Assembly: GCA_012295275.1 (NCBI GenBank)
Contig: CM022667.1
Location: forward strand, 7,874,001-7,938,000
DNA length: 64,000 nt
Origin: Chrysomallon squamiferum
Taxonomy: Eukaryota; Animalia; Mollusca
Direction: 5' to 3'
The position numbers and the translations under genes are program-made. This document shows positions 44,037 through 64,000 of the stretch, in pieces (the stretch's first letter is position 1; every line of letters starts with the position of its first letter). The notes beneath the pieces are model-generated. The model saw only the letters and a list, made by a program, of their open reading frames with translations, did not search any database and was not told the DNA's origin.

Positions 44037-44869
44037 GAGAAATATGCGTACATTTTTTTTCTTTCTTTCCGTCTTATTTATAGAGCAGCAGCAAGACTAA
44101 TACAGTTACTAAACTATTAATTTTTAAACCGGAATTACCAGAAAACAAACTTCAGAAGTATACTAATCTGTGTTTGTCAAACACTAGGTCATTCTTTACT
44201 TGTTTTTAAAAAAATATTTATTACATTAAGCGCCGTGCAAAAAAAAAAAAAAAAAAAAAAAAGAAGAAGAAGAAGAAAAATCCGGATTTGCTTCTGGTCT
44301 CAAATTTATCGGATAAGTAGCTTGGTGCCTGTAATAACATTAAAAGTTGTAATAGTGTAACTGTTATTTTTGTTGTTTATCTTTTTCTTTCTAAATACGA
44401 ATGTTTCGATTATGTTTCTTTATTTGTTATATTTGGGATAGGCTTTGTGATATAAGAAACTCATGTTTGTTTACTCAATGACTCACTTAAACCTGTGTTA
44501 TGACAGGTTTTATTGTATGACTTGTGGTTACTAGGGCTAGACATAGCCACGAGCTAAACACTGACTCAGACTGTGATTGATTCGGGATCGCTCCTCAGCA
44601 CTGTACACTTTGTTTACTTTCTTTGTGCGTCGCCGAGGATTGGTACATCAAACACTGCAGTAAACCTATCTAGCACAGAATGGATGTGTCTATATGTGTG
44701 TGTGTGTGTGTGTGTGTATGTGTGTGTACATGTGTGTATGTGTGTGTAAGTATGTGTGTCTGTGTGTGTGTGTGTGTGTGTGTATATTTATTTAGGACCT
44801 TGCGTGTGTGTGTGAGCGAGTGTGCGTGTGTGTATGTGTGTGTACGGATGATACACAGTGTACATTTCA

Positions 44870-44923
44870 TTCTGTACCCTCAAACTCACCATCCCAGCCT
44901 ACGGCGACTTGAACCATCTCGTA
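44870..44923 (+). pseudogene. 54-nt beta-tubulin exon-4 fragment
   Basis: TTC TGT ACC CTC AAA CTC ACC ATC CCA GCC TAC GGC GAC TTG AAC CAT CTC GTA translates as [18 protein letters not shown], versus [18 protein letters not shown] (aa 212-229). Confidence 0.88.
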
Positions 44924-45377
44924 TATGTGTGAGTATGTGAGTGTGCATGCTTGCGGGTGTAAATGTGTTTTCTTGTGTGCTATAAAAGAGTGGACAAAAG
45001 AGAAATAGTAATGAACTCTAACGGTGTTTACATAAATCAAACAAGCTGAATCACTTGAAACAGTCTGAGCGAGGCGTTGAACACGTAGTTTACTTCTGTG
45101 TGCACGTTCACAGCCCACTAGTTACTAACAAAACAGACAACACCACTAAATAGTTACTTACAGGGCAACGGCCACAACACTGACTCGGACATCGAGAGCT
45201 GCAACGACTGCAATCACGTACTCATTCTAACTGAAATAAAAAATATAATAAAAAGAAGAAGAAGAAGAAGAAGAAGAAGAAGAAGAAAAAGAAGAATGAT
45301 ATATTATGATTTACTAAACTGAGAAAAGTTTATCTATTATAAAATATAAGCTAAATGCGTGATACATTAATATAATT

Positions 45378-45461
<84 letters not shown>

Positions 45462-45469
45462 TCTTTTCC

Positions 45470-45505
<36 letters not shown>

Positions 45506-45678
45506 GGTAAATGTTCTTACTTTCATCCAGTTTTGTTTTTATATTTAAATTTTATTTTTAGTTTAATGCTATTCTATTAATATTGTAATGAGGTGAATGA
45601 TTATATTAATTATGAGCTTATATAATAAAGAATAATAATAATAACAATAATAATAATAATAATAATAATAACAATAAC

Positions 45679-45716
<38 letters not shown>

Positions 45717-46155
45717 TAATAATAATAATAATATATACATTCATTTATATATATACAAGTATGTACAAGACTGCAACCGGGAATTGTAACAAAAATAAAT
45801 CCAATGATCTGTTATCTGAATATGATAAAATAAAATTCCTGCCCCTCAAGAGTTCAGCCCTTGTCTGTAAAGCTGCACCCACCCTCACAAACACTGTTAC
45901 CACGGCTACAATCTGACTGTGACAGACAATCTGATGTGTCACAGAAATCAAACGAAGCGATACAACATGTGAGACTCAGTCTTTGTTTTCAGACCGGCTC
46001 AGTAAGTCACCGGCTTGAACCACCAGCAACTGAGAATGGCGCGGTTTTCTATAGGTGTCCCTTGAACCAAAAAAAAAAAAAAAACCTTTGTGAAATAGAC
46101 GTGTCTTGTATTTCATAGTTTGTGGCAACAGCAGCACAACACACTGAAAGAAAAA

Positions 46156-46270
46156 ATAAACGTATGCAGAAAACAGTATATCAGTGAGTGGAACACAGAC
46201 ATAAACGTATGCAGAAAACAGTATATCAGTGAGTGGAACACAGACATAAACGTATGCAGAAAACAGTATA
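46156..46270. repeat. 45-bp tandem repeat, ~2.5 copies
   Basis: Unit ATAAACGTATGCAGAAAACAGTATATCAGTGAGTGGAACACAGAC. Confidence 0.85.
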
Positions 46271-47157
46271 ATTGTGGATCGAACTCTAAAAATAAACACA
46301 GACTAAAGTCAAAGTTGTTTTGACACTACAGCTAAATAAAAGTAAATCGAAAAGATGTGAAAATAAAAATAAACTGAAAATACAGCTAAAATAAATCAAA
46401 TTAAATGTAGATACAAATTACTTCAGAATAAAAAATAAAGTATGTTCGTATTTAATGCAGCAAATTTTAATGCAATGCTAGTTTGGTAACGTATTTGTTC
46501 ATTTAATCCCAAATTTGTCATTCTAGACCAATCCATATAATTAATTCTTAGATTAATTAATATTACTGTTATATGAACTCAGTATGCTGAATAGACAAAT
46601 AAACATCCAATACATGATTCTGGCATAAAATCATTTCTTAATATGAAGAATTTGCATAAGAACTGTAAATAAAACTAAATTACAGAGCATTTTAAAATAA
46701 TTATTTTTGTTAATAACTACAAAGATAACAAGAATAAAAATCCTGAACTCGCTATGACATGTACAAACATGTATGAGAATAATGGCTAGGCAGATTTCAC
46801 AAGGCTGAATGTTAAAAGTTTTTATCTAATTAAAATATAAAGCATTTATTAATTTATTTATTTATTTATTTATTCATTCATTCATTCATTCGTTTGTTTG
46901 TTTGTTTGTTTGCTTGTTTCATTGTTATTCCGTTTAAGGACTGATGGTTTGTTTTATTTAAATTGCTAGCAATTTTATAAATTGTTTAATTGCTGCTGGT
47001 TTATTTTTTGTCTCTGAATCTCTTACAATAAACTTGAAGAAAAACTGGAATCTTGAAACATCGCAATTGTCAACAGCAGACCTTTTCTCGTTCCAGATAG
47101 AGCTCCTCGACTGGAGTACCAAATACATGATATATACCATAAAAACGTCTTTATATA

Positions 47158-47221
<64 letters not shown>

Positions 47222-48079
47222 TTCATCATTAAGAAAAATCCAATTATTTTGTTATTGCTCGTTCGTTTGTAGGGGTTTTTTTATTTTTTATTTATTTATT
47301 TATTTTTATTTATTTTTATTTATTTTTTTTTTTTTTTTTATTTTTTTTTTTTTTTTTTTTTTTTTTTTGAGACTCTGTTCTCCTTCCTTTTATTCTATCT
47401 TAAGACATTTTATTCATAAGTTTTGTGTTCCCAGTAACGTGATATACAAAATACCTTAATATGTACATAAATATAATCCTAATTAAACACATGTAACACG
47501 TACAAGATTGGAGTTTTTTATATAGTCTGCTGTTAACAGTTATTAAATGTAATTTAATTTATCTGTCTGAGAAAAAACTTAAAAATCCAGCCCTGTGATT
47601 GCTTTTTACTGTTTTCTTTCTTTCTTTTTTAAAAAAAAAACAACTAAATAAATAAATAATAATAATAATAAAAGCTAGGAAATTAATAACATAAAGAGGG
47701 TGCTGTTAAATTAATAACTCATAGCAGTTTTGTTTGTTTTTTAACTGTTAGTGTTATCTACTTTGCCAAGTATTTGAAATCTGTTCAGACCTGTATTGTT
47801 GGTTTACTACAAACTGTGATTTATGTGCGAACCTGCAGGACATTGTGCACACATTTCAAACTTTTATTATCACCAGGTGTTGAAATCTAGACTACTTTAC
47901 ATGTTTATACATATAAAAAAAAATAATAATAATAATAAAAAGTAATTTAAAAAAAAAAAAAATAATAAAACTCATGACAAATAATATTTATTAGCACCAT
48001 TACAACACCCGTACCCACCCATACATACGACAGTAAAGCTCCTAAAACCATATGTCACATATGTAAATTGAAATATTTG

Positions 48080-48100
48080 TGACGTCAGCCAGCAACCAAT
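48080..48100 (+). promoter_or_regulatory. CRE plus CCAAT in the H promoter
   Basis: TGACGTCA at 48080-48087 followed by CCAAT at 48096-48100, in the same order as in G. Confidence 0.55.
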
Positions 48101-48250
48101 GACAGCCGTGGGATTTGTTTCGGGTGGTTGTCATAAACATAAGAAGAACGATAGAAAAGTTATTAACAACCGAGTGCACCTCACTCCGGACGCAGACGTC
48201 AACTTGTAAAGAACTTCCAAAGTTTTCAAAAACTACGCAAACAAATCAAC

Positions 48251-51012
<2,762 letters not shown>

Positions 51013-51513
51013 ACATCAGTATTCCCAGAAAGTGAACACTTGCCAAGCAATGCGGAAAGTACACAAACATTACTAACCTGAGTTTTGTAAACAGATTTAA
51101 TAACTTTTTCTAGTTAACCGAAATTTCTTTATTTTACAGTCGATGAAGTTTTTTTACTTTGGTATTATTTATTGGGTTTTCTGTGAGTGCTAATAAACAC
51201 AGTTTAACTGTTAGAAAGATTCGCGAGTGCCAAACACGGACACGTCTGACAAGCAACAACCACGCTGTGATACGAACCTCTGAAGACCGCGTGCGAAATT
51301 TGTACAACTGGGAATAAAAGTCTTCTTCTCAAAAATTACTGTTGTCTGTCCTTCTCTTAGCTTGTTTCATTCGTTCATTTATTTATTATTTATATAATCT
51401 TCATTTGTTCCTCTAACTTCATTTTATTACTGATCCTTTACGTTTAATTATCAGTGTATTGTTACTTCCATCATCATCACAGTATTATGGACCTTGTCGT
51501 TATTATGATTATG

Positions 51514-51594
<81 letters not shown>

Positions 51595-52289
51595 AACAAC
51601 AAAATGAGATGACATTCAAATCTTTAATGACAGGTAAGTAAATTTAGTAGATAATTGTAATTCAAAGGTTTACAAAATATACTTAGAGTTCTCAAATCTG
51701 ACCAACAGGCATACTTCGATATGTGGAAAACAGGTAATTCACATAACTGTAATGATTCCGATATATTAGTATTTTCATAAACATTTTACAGACATCAGCT
51801 TGTATGATACTGAAGATATTAAACATGGGCAGTGGTTACTGACGTTGTTACACGAGTGTTACAGAAGTTTAGTTAGATACATAGCGAGATCGAATCGTGG
51901 TACCGGCTACTACAACAAGTGTGAGTGTTGATAACTAATAACCGAACTTATTCAGATTAACTAACAACTGTCCCAGACTGTATGCCACGACAGCCGTGTC
52001 GTGCCGCACAGCAGCTTTTTTCAGATGATTCTGTTCAAATATTTCAGTTCCCCACTCACTGAGTCAGTGTGCCAGCCTGCAAGTGTCCGCTAGAATTTTC
52101 CATCTTTTCTTCAGTTTGCGAACTAGCCAATCAGAAACCACCAGACTGATGACCTCGTAAATATTCTGGAATAAAGCTCTCGTCGTTGTATCTTTCTTCT
52201 TTCATCCTCTCTCCCTCCCAACTCGCCTGGGTCGAGGCCCTGTCTAGATACGTAACGCGTAGTTTGGTAGTCGCTACAGTCACTCAAAT

Positions 52290-56640
<4,351 letters not shown>

Positions 56641-57906
56641 ATGAGTAGAGATGTAGGAGAGATCACTCAGTGCTTTATTCTTTAGACATTAAGTTTTTGT
56701 GGTTTTATTGGCCTTCACAATGCATGAACTCAATGTCGATACTCAGTGGACTCGTGTTTAACGGTCTTCCGCTCAAATTGCTTGCTGTATGTTGTATGTT
56801 TATCAAGCAAACAGCCTTGTTTTTCAGGTTACATTTTATTTCAGGCAAGTCATGCTCCTGTTGTAATGTTTCCTTTGTTGTTTTCTTTTAATCATTCATT
56901 GTAAGCATAATAAAAGAAGAAACAAATAGTTGTCTTTGTTATAATTTAAACATATACAGGACATCCGTACGTACATGTATACAGAATATGATCTCTTCTA
57001 ACATCATAACTAGAAAACTCCGTTTTCGAGGGGATTTTCTGTCTATTTTTTAAATAATAATAAAAAAAATAGTTACTATTATAATTTTTCATTTTACCAG
57101 GGATCATTCACAAAGTCTGTACCCCGTAAACCAAGTCCAACATTTTTTTTATTTCCTCTTGTATTCTGTCTGCCTTACTACTCTAGAACATGTCACTGCT
57201 ACAGATAAATAAAATAAATTAGGAATTTCAGTTACATATAATTAATTCTTTTAAGTAATCTAACACATTAAACAAATACCAAAGAGTGTTTTATTTCTCA
57301 TGTTGTTTAACATTGCTGACTCGACAAACTCTCAACAAACTATTTTTGTCTGTATGTACATAAGTCTCACATTAAGTGTAAAATATACCAGGGCTCTCGT
57401 GCTGTTTATTAACTGTGCTTAATGAAAACTGGAGGAGAAATCATGCACAGATCATTTCCAAGACATGCATGAATCTTTCTCCAAGAGTAGCATGTACAAT
57501 TTTAGATAGAATCAGTTGTGTTTCGTTTTTTGTGTTTGTGTCTAAAAAAACACAAAAAAATTGTCTGTGACTCAAGACCTAGGAATGACTAAGCATGTTA
57601 GATTCATCAGGGGAGAAAGGCGAGATGAAAATAGATTTCCTGTCAGAATATTTTAAAGTGTAAACGAGATGGTGGAAAATATTCTCTGTTTTATTTAGAA
57701 CAGCAGTAAAATACAGTCTAAATCAGTTTATAACGATTTTTTTTTAAATGATTTATTCTGTGTACGACCTAACGTAAAAGATAATATAAGCAAGAAACGA
57801 ATAGTAGAGGATATATCATTTTATATATATATCTGTGTGTCTATGCATGCAACTGTCAGTCCATATTATCCTTTGCTCTTTTTATGGGGAAGTATGTGGA
57901 TTATTA

Positions 57907-57949
<43 letters not shown>

Positions 57950-58487
57950 TCTATTTAATTATTTATTTATTTTATATTATTTATTTATTTCATTTTTTAC
58001 ATATTACGTGTAAGATAACTGTAGCGAGAATAAAAAACAGTCGAAATATCAGTAGAATTATTATATATGTCATATTTTAAACAGTATTTAATTTATGTGT
58101 TCGCACGACAAGAAGAATTACTTAATTATGCATAGATTTCATTAAGTCATATATTAGTCTGTTCTTTTGATAATACTGTTACTAGTTAAAACAAACTACA
58201 TGATAGAGATTTGAATTACCTAGGTTTTATTTAAATTATGCATTAAATATGTAATATGTATATATGTATCATTGTATGTATGTATATATGTATGTGTGTA
58301 TATTATGTATGAATGTATGGATATATTATCTACTTATGTTTGTGTGTATGTATATCTGTATGTCTGTGTATGTATATATGTATATGTGTGCATCTATGTA
58401 TGTGTGTATGTATGTATTTACTCAACATTGTAACTGTGAACATCAAGATTTATTGAAATTTATTATTATTAGTAGTAGTAGTAGTAA

Positions 58488-58546
<59 letters not shown>

Positions 58547-58808
58547 TTAGAATACGTGAAGGTTTTCTTTTCTTTTCTTTTTAAATTTTAGGTTTGTCCT
58601 ATTCTGTATTGTTTTAAGATAGAAAACTATGTTTTATTTCGACTCAAAGAAAATTCAGGGATGTGTGTTAATAAAACCGAATGACATTGCTAGAACACGA
58701 TTTCATTTATGAGAACTTGACCGTTCTGCAGCGTTATCTATCATACGCTATTGTTTTGGGGATTTTTTTGAAATGAGGAATTATCGATCGGGTTTTATTT
58801 AATGAAGA

Positions 58809-58822
58809 GTAACCATGGCAAC
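58809..58822 (+). promoter_or_regulatory. RFX X-box in the J promoter
   Basis: GTAACCATGGCAAC, about 135 nt upstream of the ATG and identical to the site in G. Confidence 0.8.
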
Positions 58823-58956
58823 GTCTGAGAGCAAACATCAGTCGTGTTTAATAGGGCTGCTGCGGCAGACGACCGCCCATTTCGCGGACGTGGCAGCCGT
58901 GAGTGAGAACAGCAGACAAACTCGTCTTTTTCCTCTGTCGCCGCTCGCTTTCAGAA

Positions 58957-63880
<4,924 letters not shown>

Positions 63881-64000
63881 CGCAGGAATCTGAACTTTGA
63901 TATGAGCTTTAAACCGACAGCTTTACATGACTTAGTGTTCAGTTGCAGTATAGTCACAAAATCCACCATTTTTACTTTATACACCAAACTCTGTTTTTAT

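Noticed and set aside
43465-48250. Autonomous transposon or RNA gene in the central gap or the large introns
   Set aside because: I could not recognise a transposase or RT ORF, terminal repeats, or a tRNA/rRNA-like sequence by eye.

Overview
This window is AT-rich, microsatellite-laden eukaryotic genomic DNA. It is an invertebrate animal, probably a mollusc or other lophotrochozoan, but that is inference only. It is dominated by a cluster of ten beta-tubulin loci, labelled A-J here. Seven lie on the minus strand: A is truncated by the window edge, B, C, D and G are intact, E has a 1-nt frameshift, and F is a chimeric pseudogene. Three intact genes (H, I, J) lie on the plus strand and diverge from G across a ~4.8 kb gap. 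All complete copies share a 4-exon structure of 57/109/356/819-825 nt (exon 3 is 357 nt in E). A-D form ~6 kb tandem units. Interleaved on the opposite strand are (i) an intronless 213-aa orphan membrane-protein ORF, with possible decayed relatives in the three preceding units, and (ii) two 6-exon, 600-aa KY/hillarin/LTD-1-like transglutaminase-fold genes that appear to lack the catalytic triad. The two KY-like genes arose from a ~8-9 kb tandem duplication whose junction created pseudogene F. They differ by about 57 amino acids but only about 9 silent codons (hand count). G-J carry RFX X-box motifs and all visible tails have the axonemal EGEFxxx motif, which suggests a ciliary tubulin battery. 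Exon-limited gene conversion is visible, including between inverted paralogs. All coordinates and counts were derived by eye, and no database searches were run.
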